This document shows, piece by piece, positions 37,510 through 49,181 of a DNA stretch of 64,000 nucleotides. The DNA comes from Narcine bancroftii (Eukaryota). Within the stretch, counting starts at the first letter, position 1. Every line of letters begins with the position of its first letter. The position numbers were made by a program, and so were the translations under genes. The notes beneath the pieces are model-generated. The model did no database searches, was not told where the DNA came from, and saw nothing but the letters and a program-made list of their open reading frames with translations. The stretch is from the NCBI RefSeq assembly GCF_036971445.1, contig NC_091469.1, positions 225,494,001 to 225,558,000 on the forward strand. Reading direction: 5' to 3'.

Positions 37510-38750
37510 AAAACATAAATTGCTGGAAGTACTCGGCAGTACATAAAAGTGCTGAAGAAAATCTACAGGTCACACAGCATCTATGGAAAGCAACAGGCAG
37601 ATGCTGTTTCAGGCCTGAGCCCTTCATCAGGCAGCCACCTGAACAAGCAGGCGGGGAAGTGAAGGTTGGGGGGGGTGCGGGGGGAGTACTACAGGCTGTC
37701 AAGTGTTAGATGGATGGAGGTGGGAAGAAGAGAAAGGTGATAGGGGGAGGGGAGAGGGAGCAGAGGGCTGAGAAAAATGCTTTTGATTACAGAAGGGAAG
37801 GAGAGGGGAGCTGGAGGACGGGACTCCTAGAGATGCAGGAAGAGTGGTTACCAGAAATGGCAGCAATCAATATTGATGTTCTCTAGTTGGAGACTGCCGA
37901 GAGGGAATATAAGGTGTGCTCTTCCTGTTTATTGATGGTCTCAACCTGGTAGTACATAAGGCTACAGATAGACATGTCGTTGTGGAATTGAAGTGGTAGG
38001 CCTTGCTATGGTAGAGGACAGACCAAAGGTTCTCCCTCAATCTGCATCTAGTCTCCCTGATGTAGGCAAGGCACATCGGGAGCACCAAAAGCAGTAAATG
38101 ACCCCTACAAACCCCTACAGGACTATTTGGTGCCCTGAATGGTGGTGATGAAGAAGGTGTTGGTGCAAGTGCAGTTACACGGATATGTACCAAGGGGGGT
38201 GTTCTGTGGGAATGATGAGTGGACAAGGGAGTCACAGAGAGAGATCTCTACAGAAAATGGAGAGGGGAGGAGAAGATGTGTCCAGTGATGGGATCACATT
38301 GTGGGTCATGGAAATTGTGAATGATATGTGAGATGTAGAGGCTGGAGGGGCAGTAAGTGAATGATGTGGAGTACAGCCTCTGGAGGTGCATATCCTCAGG
38401 CATTGTTTGAATTCTGCCACTCAACTTCTGATGTGTAGTAGCAGTTGGTTGAAAAGTTTCTCATTTGTTGCATCTGTGTAGGGAAGAGGCCAATGTGTGG
38501 GGAAATAGAGGAGATGTGAATGTGGGCTGAGTTAATGGCAGTAGAGGGAAAACCATGTTTTCTGAAGGTGGATATCTGAGACGTCAAGGAATGGAAAGCC
38601 TCAACCAAGGAACAGATGCATCGGGGATGTAGGAATTGAGAGAAAGGAACAGAATTCTCTCAGGAGATAGGATTGAAATAGCAGATCAGGAGCATTAGTG
38701 GAACCAAAAGATAACCTTTCAGGCCAATGTCCTTTCATCAGAACTGAACT
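37510..38750 (-). mobile_element. Penelope-like element remnant (GIY-YIG region plus terminal repeat with hammerhead core)
   Basis: AYI.ET..RL (YIGET-like) remnant; minus-strand CTGATGA-AGGGCTCAGGCCT-GAAAC at about 37606-37630. Confidence 0.7.
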
Positions 38751-39242
38751 GAGTTGAAGATGAAGAGATTTTAATGTGCATTTAACAGAGGAAAAATATA
38801 TATGATGACGTTACAGCATAGACATGGTAAATTAGCAAGGATCAAGTTAGAGTAGACCCTAGATGACAAATAGAGAGCAGAGTTTTGGCAAAGGTAGAAA
38901 GATGAAAAGAGATAAGAAGACCAGTGACCTCTGCATATGGCAAGAGATGAGAGATGGAAATGTGTGATGCTATAGGGAAGAGGTAGGTGGTGTTTATGAT
39001 AGAGTGAATATGGGATTAGGAGCACGGTTCAGACTCCAACAGGATGCTGAGATGTGTAGACAAATAGGCAATCTTATCCTGGAATTAGCAGTAGGCATGG
39101 ATGCAAAGTATGTGATAAGGAAATAAAGTCTACCTTTTCCTTGAAGAAGGGCTCAGGCCCAAAATGTTAATGTATCTTTGTCTCCTATGGATGCTGAAAA
39201 GACCAGCTAAATGCCTCCAGCCTTTCAGTGTGTTTTTTTACT

Positions 39243-41290
39243 ATCTGTCTGTGCCTCTTAATATCTTGTATACCTCTATCATGTTGTCTCTCATCCTCCT
39301 TCTCTCCAAAGAGTAAAGCCCTAGCTCCCTTAATCTCTGCTCATAATACATACTCTCTTAGCCAGGTATCAACCTGGTAAATCTCCTCTGAACCCTTTCC
39401 AATGCTTCCACGTCTTTCCTATAATGAGGCGACCAGAACTGGACACAGTTCTCCAAGTGTGGTCTAACCAGAGTTTTGTAGAGTTGCATCATTACTTCGT
39501 AGCTCTTATACTCAGTCCTTTGACTTATGAAAGGTAACACCCCATAAGCTTTCTTAGCCACCCTGTCTACCTGTAAGGCAACTTTCAGTGATCTGTGGAC
39601 ATGGACCCCAAGATCCCTCTGCTCTTCCACACGACCAAGAATCCTACCATTAACTTTGTACTCTGCCTTGGACTTTGTTCTTCCAAAGTGTACCACCTCA
39701 CACTTCTCCAGATTGAACTCATCCTCCTACCCCCTCATCCAAGTCGTTAATAAAAAATAACAAAAAGCAGAGGTCCCAGAACAAATACTTGAGGGACTCC
39801 ACTAGACACAACCCTCCAATCTGAATGTACTCCCTCCACCACAACTTTCTGCTTTCTACAGACAAGCCAATTCTGAATCCACATGGCCAAGCTGTCTTTC
39901 TGAATCAGTCTACCATGTGGAACCTTGTCAAATGCCTTACTAAAATCCATGTAGACCACATCCACCACACTACCCTCATTAATATGTCTGGTCACCTCCT
40001 CAAAGAACTCTATCAGGCTTGTGAGGCATGATCTGCCCTTCACAAAGCCATGCTGACTGTCCCTGATCAGACCATAATTCTCTAAATGCTCATAGATCCT
40101 ATCTCTAAGAATCCTTTCCCATAGCTTGCCTACCAAAGACGTACGGCTCACTGGTTTATAATTACCTGGACTTGCCCTACTACATTTTTTGAACAAGAAG
40201 ACAACTTTTGCCACCCTCCAATCTTCCGATACCATTCCCATGGATAACGAGGACACAAAGATCCTAACCAGAGGCTCAGCATTCCCCTCCCTCGCCTGAT
40301 GGACCAGCCTGGGGAATATTGTGTCAGGCCCTGGGGATTTATTCATCCTAATGTATTTTAACTGCTCCAACACATTCTCTCTCTTAACATACTCTTGAAC
40401 ATTTACCCCATCCATATTGTCCTCACCCTCATCAAGGTCCCTCTCCTTGGTAAATACTGAAGTATTCATTGAGGACCTCACCCTATTCCACAGCCTCCAG
40501 ATACCTCTTCTCACCTTTATCTGTAATCAGTCCGACCTTCACTCCTGTCATCCTTCTGTTCTTCACATAAGTGAAGAATGCTTTGGGGTTTTTCTAGACC
40601 CTACTTGCCAAGGCATTCTCATGTCCCCTTCTTGGTCTCCTCAGCCCCCTCGTAAGGTCCTTTCTTGCCACCTGAAGAGACCCATCTGATCTTTGCTGCT
40701 TAAACCTCATGTATTGCTGCCTTCTTTTACCTGACTAGATTTTCCACCTCTCTCGTCAATGACCCTAACATTCTTTCTCTGCCTCACCAGGACAAATTTA
40801 TCTCTAACCTCCTGCAAGAGATCCCTAAACATCGACCAAATCTCCATAGTACATTTCCCTGCAAAAATGCCATCCCAATTTATACCCAGAAGTTCAAGCC
40901 TTATAGCCTCATAGTTTACCCTTCCCCAATAAAATATTTTCCTGTCCTCACTGTCATGGACAAGGACAAAGGCCAGGGAGTGGTGGTCACTCTCCCTCAA
41001 TTGTTCATCCACTGAGAGATCTGTGACCTGACCTGTTTCATTACCTAATACTAGATCTAATATGGCATTCCCCCTAGTCAACTAGTTAACGTACTGTGAC
41101 AGACATGCTGCCAGTCAATGAAGTCACCCATGATAACAACCCTGTTATTTTTGCACCTTTCCAAATATGCTTCCCCATCTTGCTGCTGCTACCAGGGGAC
41201 CTATAGAATATTCCCATAAGAGTAACTGCTCCCTTCCTGTTCCTAACTTCACCCATACTGACTCAAAAGAGGATCCTGCAGGTGTAATAG
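39243..41290 (-). mobile_element. CR1-clade LINE (HER1-like), ORF2 remnants
   Basis: TRGNAILDLVL (APE), KSPGPD, QHGFVKGRSCLTSL, YMDFSKAFDKVPH, LVRPHLE.CVQFWSP. Confidence 0.95.
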
Positions 41291-41859
41291 TATCCCTGAC
41301 CAATAATCAGAATCCATTCCTGCCCTGGTGCCAGCCAGGTCTCTGTATTTGCCACTACATCAGGCTCTCAGTTCATCTCAGTTTAAAGAATGGAATTATT
41401 TTCAACAGACTCCAGTCCCTTTGTCCAGAATATTGTTAGTTGAAAAGAAAAAAAACTAAGGAGGTTCAAAATGTAATCTTAAAAACATCATTTACCTTTG
41501 TGATTATAAATCACCTTCATGATGCTTCCATATTCTGTCCAGAATTATGCAAAGTTCTCACTCGTGGCTGTAAAAATCCCAAGTAATTAGATTGGGCAAT
41601 TTTGACCTAATTGTAAAGGGATACAATTCCCTGACTCTAAAATCTGCTTCTAATATTAACAATCTGAGTTGATCACATGGAGATGCTGTTACAACATTGT
41701 GAAAGAGGTACATGTTCCACTCTGCATATATTCTATGTGGAACCTAACCCAACAGTGCAGAAAGATGGAAGTGAATATATTTCTCATTACTGAGTTATTA
41801 CAAATTTGACACCTCTCATAATAGTAATAAGAAAAAAATGGCCTTCAGAAACACATCAA

Positions 41860-42215
41860 AACACGGTACAATAAGTTACTTTCAAGCGCAGGGATCATTA
41901 TGTAGTCACATCTGGCAGCCATTTTGCTCATTCTAAGATCCAACAAAGAGTCAGAAGATGAATGAACAGTAGATTTGTTTCTGGTGTCGATAGTTCAGGA
42001 AAGAAGGTTGTCAGGAAAATGTGGGAAACTCATTCTCTTTGGTTATGCCAGACATATTTCCACCATTGAAATAAGCAGATGAGGAATTGATTTATCCTTT
42101 ACTTTAAAGGATGTTACATCTGGAATAGAGCTCTTCTCAATGGTTTCAGTCTGAGTTGTGGTGAAATCCACCACTGACACCTGAATCCTTTTATACAGTC
42201 AAAGGAAAAGTGTTA
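41860..42215 (-). mobile_element. Ancient DeuSINE-like remnant upstream of the RGMB CpG island
   Basis: GGCAGCCATTTTGC..A..C.AAGATCC.ACAAA...GATGAATGA.CAG..GATTTGTTT core resembling the Deu domain; very diverged. Confidence 0.5.
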
Positions 42216-42969
42216 GAGAATGTTAGGGAACAGACTTAGAACTAAGTACAGGTAGTTTCATGAAAATGGCATCTCAAGTACACAAGGTAGTGAAGGAAAC
42301 ATTTGGCACACTTGCCTTTATTGGTCAGGGCATTGCATCCAGGACCTAGGATTTCATGTGATATGGGTCAGCACAACATTGTGAGCCAAAGGGCCTGTAC
42401 TATGCTGTAATGTTCTATGTAACTGTACAAGACACTGGAGAGATTGCTCTTGGAATATGCTGCGTATTTTCATTCTTCCGGCTATTGGATGGACTAAGCT
42501 AGAAAAGGTCTAGAGAAGATGTTACTGTGCCTGGTGCATTTTAGTTATATGGATACGCTGGGATTTTACCCCTGAGGTACAGAAGGCAGATTTAGAGATA
42601 CTGGCCTTTTTTACCTAGAGAAGGGTCATGAATCTAAGATGAGAGGGAAAATATTTTAAAGGGGCGCACAAAAGATGATGGGTAAATGGAACCAATTGCA
42701 AAAGTAAGAATTAAAAATCATTAAGGCAGGTAAATGGATAGAAAGGTTTTGGAGAAATATTGGACAAAGGCGGGCAAATGGATAGACCATTTGGTCAGAA
42801 TGGACAAATTTGTGCTCTATGCCTTGTAGGTCATCAGCAGGTCAGGAAAACTGGAACACCATTGCAGCTTCTAAAATTAGCAGTGTGTCCAACTGTCTCA
42901 AACATAGTCTTCGGTACTATAATATTTTGGGCATTGGGACCCAGGGTTCTAGGAATACTGAATTAAAAG

Positions 42970-44780
42970 TTACCGGTCGTTTTAGCATAGCTGTTTTATT
43001 TGCAAATTTGAAGTTTGAGGTTCCGGTGTTGAGTCGGAAGAATGTGGTTGAAAATTCCATTCCACCCAACAAGACAAGTGTGTCTTTTGGGGATTGTCCG
43101 GTGGAGATCGGATACTTTCTGCCCGGGGGTTGGGATGAGAGAGAGGGTGGAGGGGGTGGGGTGAGAGAGAGGGTGGAGGAGGGGAGGGGGGGGGGTGGAG
43201 GGGGAGAGAGATCCATGGAGGTTTGACCTCTGCACACTTCCAGCACCTCGGGAAGGCGTGAGGATTGACAGCCATGATTTGTTTCAAGACGCAAGAAACG
43301 TATTTCAGAATGCTTCATGTTAATGTACATGCATCCAGATGGCAGGTCGCATATCTGGAAAAACACCCCGAAACGTTGGAGGAACTCAGCCTCCAGGCTG
43401 TGTGTGCACTTCCTTGCTATTTCAAGAAATATCTTCCATGCACGAGCAGATTATTTATCTCTAAATCTACCCCTGAAGCTATTGAAGAAATGTCAAGGTT
43501 TCTGTGCAAACCCATGGGCTCTGCGGTGCCAGCGAGCTGGAGAGCGGAGGGGATGGGAGCTGCCCCCCGTGCGCCCCCCCTCGGCGGCGGCGAACAAAGC
43601 CTCTCCTCGCCCGCTGGCTCACAGCCCGCGCGTCTCCTGCTCCACTACCACGAGCTGCATGAGCCTCGCAGCGGCATGAGCTTCAGCGGCATCCCACCCC
43701 CCCCCCTCCCCCCGAAATTACAGCCCCACACAAGAACAGCGCAGAGAAGGTTGCGATCGCCCCAGGAAGGGAGTCGGGGTAGCGGGCCCTCCCTGCCATG
43801 TGCAGTGTGAACACACACGGAAAGGGGCCACTTCGGCTGAACCCTCTCCACCGAAACCAAGGGGCAGCTTTTTGTTCTCTCGGAGTCGGATTCTTTTTTG
43901 GGCATGGGCTTGCCCTCCCCAGTCAGCCTCAGTTCCAGGGAGATTTTGCAGAGCTTCCAAACTGTTGGCGACTCTAAATTCTCAAATTAACGCGTGGTTT
44001 CCTTTTAATTTATTTACTTTTTGGTTACCATATTAACCCTTTTTTTGCCCTGATTTCTTTCGGATACAACTGGCTGTAATTCCCCGCCTCTCCATATGTC
44101 AGGTTAGCGGGCTGTTTTATATTCCTGCTCTCTTTTTGTATCTTTTCTCCGGCTACTGGCTTGATATTCTTTCCTTTGCTCCTTCCCCTCCTCCCCGATG
44201 CCGCTCAGGCTCTGGCTCAACCCACCACCGCGATGAAGTCATGCTTCTTCGGCGCAGCCGAACCTGTCAGCGGAAACTGTGGGCCTGGGAGAGGGGGCGG
44301 AGGAAGGGCATTGATCGGCGTGGCCGACCCACCCATCAGAGGACGGTGCCCGCCGGGTGGGACAGCGCTGAGCCAGTAGGCAGCGGGGTGGGTGGGAGTT
44401 CCGCACTGGGCGGTGGAGTTGGGGTTGAGCGGTGGAGGAGGGCAGACTGACGGGTGTGCGTCTGATCGCAGGGGCTGGCGTTCGCTCCGTGGTCCGCTGC
44501 GGGCATCCTAGGAAGATCAAACCCTCGGCTCATTTTCCTTCATGCATATTTCGTACCTGCAGGTCGAGGAGAGGTTCCTGCAGCTGCTGGCCCTTCTCGG
44601 TGGAGTGTTTGAGAAACTCACTGCAACCTGAATGGATGGGCATGGGGGAACCAGGCTTTTACTACCCCGGGGCTGAACGCCCTGCCACAGCCTTCACGTT
44701 TCTGCTGCTTTTCATTTCGACGTTTGCCAACACAGGTAACCCTTGCCTTTGCAACGTTAGCGTACAACATCCGGCGTCCA
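42970..44780 (+). promoter_or_regulatory. CpG island / promoter and 5' UTR region of RGMB
   Basis: Abrupt rise in GC and CpG content against the CpG-depleted surroundings; GC-box-like GGGGCGG near 44294; lies directly upstream of the first coding exon. TSS and first non-coding exon cannot be fixed from sequence. Confidence 0.75.
44636..44735 (+). CDS. rgmb: RGMB first coding exon (signal peptide MGMGEPGFYYPGAERPATAFTFLLLFISTFANT-G)
   Basis: ATG at 44636 in the WMGMG context typical of RGM N-termini; resembles the fish RGMb N-terminus (MGMG..YYPGAER); hydrophobic core; donor CAG|GTAAC at 44735/44736, phase 1, compatible with the next exon. A likely acceptor (polypyrimidine..CTGCAG|G) lies at 44562/44563. 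Confidence 0.9.
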
Positions 44781-45211
44781 CACAACATCAGGGCTACTGG
44801 AGGGTTTTTTTTAAAAAACAAACTTTGCTTCAAGCAAATTTGCAAAGAAATCTCGCTCGCTCCCAACTCCTTCGGTTTTGCAAACTTTTACTCTCCTCGA
44901 CCATTGAGACTTGGCATGTTGTACAGCCAGCCCCCCCCCCCCCCCCCCCCCCCGCTTTGGAGACATGCAAACATTCCGAATTAATGTTTTATTTTAAATA
45001 GCATCGGGAAGAACTCAGTTGAAAGCGATTTCTTTCTTTGAGGCAAATTGGTAATCAGAGCTTTTTCCACAGTGATTTCGTTCTTGGATTGTGTTTACTG
45101 AAAGTCCACAAATGAGCTCAAGTTACCGGCGGCGTGCAGTGGCTCTCTTCCTCCCTCTCGGCCCTCTTTAGTTTTCTGCCTGCGCTTATGCATCTTCCCA
45201 AACATTTTAAA

Positions 45212-45290
45212 ATGTCAAATTACTTTCTTTCTGGCATGAATTGTATCTTATGTCAAATTACTTTCTTTCTGGCATGAATAGTATCTTATG
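45212..45290. repeat. 38-bp tandem duplication in an RGMB intron
   Basis: ATGTCAAATTACTTTCTTTCTGGCATGAAT(T/A)GTATCTT occurs twice, starting at 45212 and 45250. Confidence 0.95.
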
Positions 45291-45675
45291 AATAGATTTT
45301 CTGTTTTATCTTTATTATAATTCAGTATCAGGTTTTTTTTTGCAACGGTTTACATCCACATCTCATGACACAAGGTTAGGCTAACTTGTAACATTTTAAC
45401 TGCGAGTTGAACACGCTGCCAATGGCAAACGCATTAAACTTAACCACCTCGTGCTTCATGCAAGCCTTTATATGGAAACAATTTGACATTCGGAAGCAAT
45501 TCTCAGGACATGCAAAAAGACTGAGATTTCAAATTGTAACTCCCAACGTTTTATAGTTGAGCAATGCATTTATTTTCTAATTCGGTCTCTTGTGCAGTAG
45601 TTTATTGACAAGCATTCTTGACAGCTGGCTGTTGCCATTCCCTGAGTTTATAATGATTTTACAAAACATTTCCAG

Positions 45676-46217
45676 GGTACTGCCAGCAACAGTATCAGTG
45701 CAGGATCCAGAAGTGCACCACCGACTTCGTGGCCCTTACTTCGCATCTGAACGCCGCTCTGAATGCTTTTGCTTCCGAGTTCTGCATCGCCCTGCGGGCT
45801 TACGCCCTCTGCACGGAGCGAACGGCCAAAGCCTGTCGGGGCAACCTGGCCTTCCACTCGGCCATGCTGGGCATCAGCGACTTGATGAGCCAGAGGAACT
45901 GCTCGCGCGAGGGGCCCACCTCGATCGCAGCCCAGGACCTGCTGCCTGTCAGTCACAACATCGGCTTCTGCGACTATGACAACAGGGCGGGGGCGGCCCG
46001 CGGCCACCGGGCGGCCGCGGGCATCGAGCTGCAGGCTCCCCGCCGCCGCTACGTCTTCTGCGGCTTGTTTGGCGACCCGCACCTTAGGACTTTCAGGGAT
46101 CACTTCCAGACTTGCAAAGTGGAAGGAGCCTGGCCCTTGATTGATAACAACTATTTGTCAGTGCAAGTAACCAACGTCCCTGTTGTACAGGGATCCAGCG
46201 CTACAGCCACCAACAAG
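45676..46217 (+). CDS. rgmb: RGMB second coding exon (RGM N-terminal domain, GDPH autocleavage site, start of the vWD-like domain)
   Basis: Acceptor TTTCCAG|GG; reads YCQQQYQCRIQKCTTDFVALTSHLN...CRGNL.FHSA.LGISDLMSQRNCS...FCGLFGDPHLRTF...SSATATNK, the RGMB pattern (RGN rather than RGD); GDPH at 46071-46082; donor AAG|GTACAT, phase 0. Confidence 0.97.
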
Positions 46218-46287
46218 GTACATGTACGCCACTCTACTCTGCCAAGCCCAGCCCAGCTTAGCTGGACATGCCTTCGCATTTTTATTT

Positions 46288-47065
46288 AGAGAATATCATG
46301 GGGGAGGGAGGCATGGAGAGAATGTAATGGGGAGGGAGGTATTGAGAGAATGTAATGGGGAGGGAGGTATTGGGATAATGTAATGGGGAGGGAGGAATGG
46401 AAAGAATGTAATGAGGAGGGTGGTATTGAGAGAATGTAATGGGGAGGGAGGTATTGAGAGAATGTAATGGGGAGGGAGGTATTGAGAGAATGTATTGGGG
46501 AGGGAGGTATTGGGAGAATGTAATGGGGAGGGAGGTATTGAGAGAATGTAATGGGAAGGGAGGTATTGAGAGAAAGTAATGGGGAGGGAGGTATTGAGAG
46601 AAAGTAATGGGGAGGGAGGTATTGAGAGAATGTAATGAGGAGGGAGGTATTGGGAGAATGTAATGGGGAGGGAGGAATTGAGGGAATGTAATGGGAAGGG
46701 AGGTATGGAGAGAATGTAATGGGGAGGGAGGTATTGAGAGAATGTAATGGGGAGGGAGGTATTGAGAGAAAGTAATGGGGAGGGAGGTATTGGGAGAATG
46801 TAATGGGGAGGGAGGTATTGGGAGAATGTAATGGGGAGGGAGGTATTGAGAGAATGTAATGGGGAGGGAGGTATTGGGAGAATGTAATGGGGAGGGAGGA
46901 ATTGAGGGAATGTAATGGGGAGGGAGGAATTGAGGGAATGTAATGGGAAGGGAGGTATTGAGAGAATGTAATGGGGAGGGAGGTATTGAGAGAATGTAAT
47001 GGGGAGGGATGAATTGAGGGAATGTAATGTGGAGGGTGGAATTGTGCAAATATCATGGGGAAGGG
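46288..47065 (+). repeat. G-rich 28-bp minisatellite (GAGAGAATGTAATGGGGAGGGAGGTATT, about 27 copies) in an RGMB intron
   Basis: Tandem unit directly visible; explains the repetitive ORFs at 46282-47137 (-). Confidence 0.97.
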
Positions 47066-48515
47066 AGAGAGAGAAAAATGCATTTTGGCAAAAATCCCTT
47101 CGCTAAAGTCAAGAGATAATCTATCTTTGGTTGTCATTAATTTTCAGACTGTTTTATGCCTTTGAACTCTTCCACTCAAATCAGACTCACAATTTGTGTA
47201 ACTTTTACTCTCTCATTATAGAGAGACAACGGTGAAGTGAGAACTGGAAAGAATATGATTTTAACTCTATTAATTCTGTAACCAGTGAATTCCATTATAG
47301 TTCCCCAGGTGCGGTTTCATTCTCAATATCATTTTCTTGCTTCATTCCCCAAGGACAATAACACAAATGTCAGTTCCAATGAAATCGCTGAACCAGTTAA
47401 ATAAAAGTAGGTGTGGATTTTCCCATTATAACAAAAACCCTATTTGTGTGCTTTAAATATTTGGAATTTGAATCCCATTTGTCACTGCAAGATTTATTGT
47501 TTTGTGAAAATACTGACGAATAATCCTGTGGCACGTGAATTGTGGTTCCTAACTCTCCTTGTATTAGTTCTTGGGTCTGTTGTGTTTACAAATATACTTT
47601 GACAAACTTCCAATCATTTTTTAGTTTCTTTCCATTCAGTATGAAAGTTCCAAAACCACTGTTTTTGTATTTTTCCCTGTTTATTGGTTCTGCATTGTAG
47701 ACACCTTTTTCTCATTGGAGGAAATGCTAGTTGAAAATGTTTCTAGTGATTTAAGTTTGCTAATGAGTACACTGCATGATTATGGAAATGCATTTAATTC
47801 CATATATGCCTGAAATCACATTGTTAGGAAACGTCTCATCATTTCCTACTATGTGTGTATTATTGCCTTTAAAATGCAGACCTCCCAGATGCGTGGGTGT
47901 CTGTCTAAACATTGCTTTGCTGTTTCATAAAGCTATCCGGTTTTGAAAACAGCCCATCAAGTCCACACTGACCATCAGGTATCCATTTATTCACATCCCT
48001 ACAATGTGGGAGAACATCAAGTTGCCCAGGGCTGTGTACCTCCAGCAGTTTATTTAGGCTCTGGATTCCAGCATCTGTAGTTTCTTGTGTCTCTTGGTTA
48101 ATGATAAAACCTTCCTTGCTGTATAGTTTGTTAGATGCGTAATTTCGAGCCTGAATCACCTCAGAGAGTCAACAGCCGTTCACACAGCTTTTCTTAGCAA
48201 TTGAGTAGCAACACCACAATGAGCCCTATTCTGGGTCTTCAAATGTGCAACGATTAGGACTGGTGGAGCTCTTCATTTGCATTTTGATAGTATTAAGCTC
48301 AGTGCAAAACCTGCATTATTGGGTATTGGGGACTTTCTTGGATCTATACCACTTTTATTTAGAAACAGGAAATACAGTACAGATGATTGCAATGCAGCTT
48401 TTAATATCCTAGTGTATGATAACAATTATTTCAGCAATGCTCATTTAAGATGTGATTTGTTTTTCTGTGTTATTTATCAATATGTATTGAGTATGTACGG
48501 TTTAATTTCTTACAG

Positions 48516-49181
48516 ATAACCATCATATTCAAAACCTATCATGACTGTACAGATCAGAAGGTCTACCAGGCAATGACAGATGATTTGCCTGCAGCATTTA
48601 TAGACGGTACAACAGTAGGAAATGGCTGGATAAAGACTCTGTGGATAGTGGAGAAAGTCAACGGTAAACATGTGGAGGTGCACGCAAAATATATAGGGAT
48701 GACGGTTATTGTGCGGCAGGTGGGGCGCTATTTAACATTTGCATTGAGGATGCCTGAGGAACTAGCGCTGAATGAAAACGACAGCCAGGGACTGCAGCTT
48801 TGTGCTCGTGGCTGCCCGATGAATGAACGCATTGATGAAAGTGGACATCTCCCTCTTCCAGCCAATAGTCAGAACCATCCGCCCCCCTCACAGGCCCAAT
48901 CAAAAGGTGCTTACACATTAGAGAGTGCAACGGCTAAATGCCATGAAAAAATCCAAGTAAAGGATGTCTATTTTCATTCCTGTGTCTTTGACCTTCTGAC
49001 AACTGGAGATGCAAACTTCACAGCAGCAGCGTATAGTGCCCTCCAAGACCTGGAGACATTACATCCAAAGAGAGAGCGCTGGCATATTTTCCCCAGGAGT
49101 AGCAGTGTTGTCCAGAACAACAATCTGTTATTTGACATTTACGTTGGACTCTTTTCCTTTGTTGTGATTGTGTTTTTGTAG
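48516..49181 (+). CDS. rgmb: RGMB last coding exon (RGM C-terminal domain and GPI-anchor signal); spliced product 435 aa
   Basis: Acceptor TTCTTACAG|ATA; ITIIFK..CTDQKVYQAMTDDLPAAF...SCVFDLLTTGDANFTAAA..ALQDLE.LHP..ERWHIFP with a hydrophobic C-terminus (VGLFSFVVIVFL); stop TAG ends at 49181; frame consistent across all three exons. Confidence 0.97.
   Translation: MTIIFKTYHDCTDQKVYQAMTDDLPAAFIDGTTVGNGWIKTLWIVEKVNGKHVEVHAKYIGMTVIVRQVGRYLTFALRMPEELALNENDSQGLQLCARGCPMNERIDESGHLPLPANSQNHPPPSQAQSKGAYTLESATAKCHEKIQVKDVYFHSCVFDLLTTGDANFTAAAYSALQDLETLHPKRERWHIFPRSSSVVQNNNLLFDIYVGLFSFVVIVFL

Noticed and set aside
43239-43259. REST/RE1 site (TCCAGCACCTCGGGAAGGCGT)
   Set aside because: The left half matches but the GGACAG right half is poor.
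42917-44036. Several 80-180 aa ORFs on both strands
   Set aside because: Expected in a GC-rich island; low complexity, no recognisable domain.
43644-44592. Short inverted similarities within the CpG island (43644-43692 vs 44197-44212 and 44571-44591)
   Set aside because: 16-21 nt with mismatches in GC-rich DNA; compatible with chance.
46282-47137. 255-aa and 283-aa minus-strand ORFs; CRISPR-like periodicity
   Set aside because: Products of a 28-bp tandem repeat with no unique spacers; vertebrate intron.
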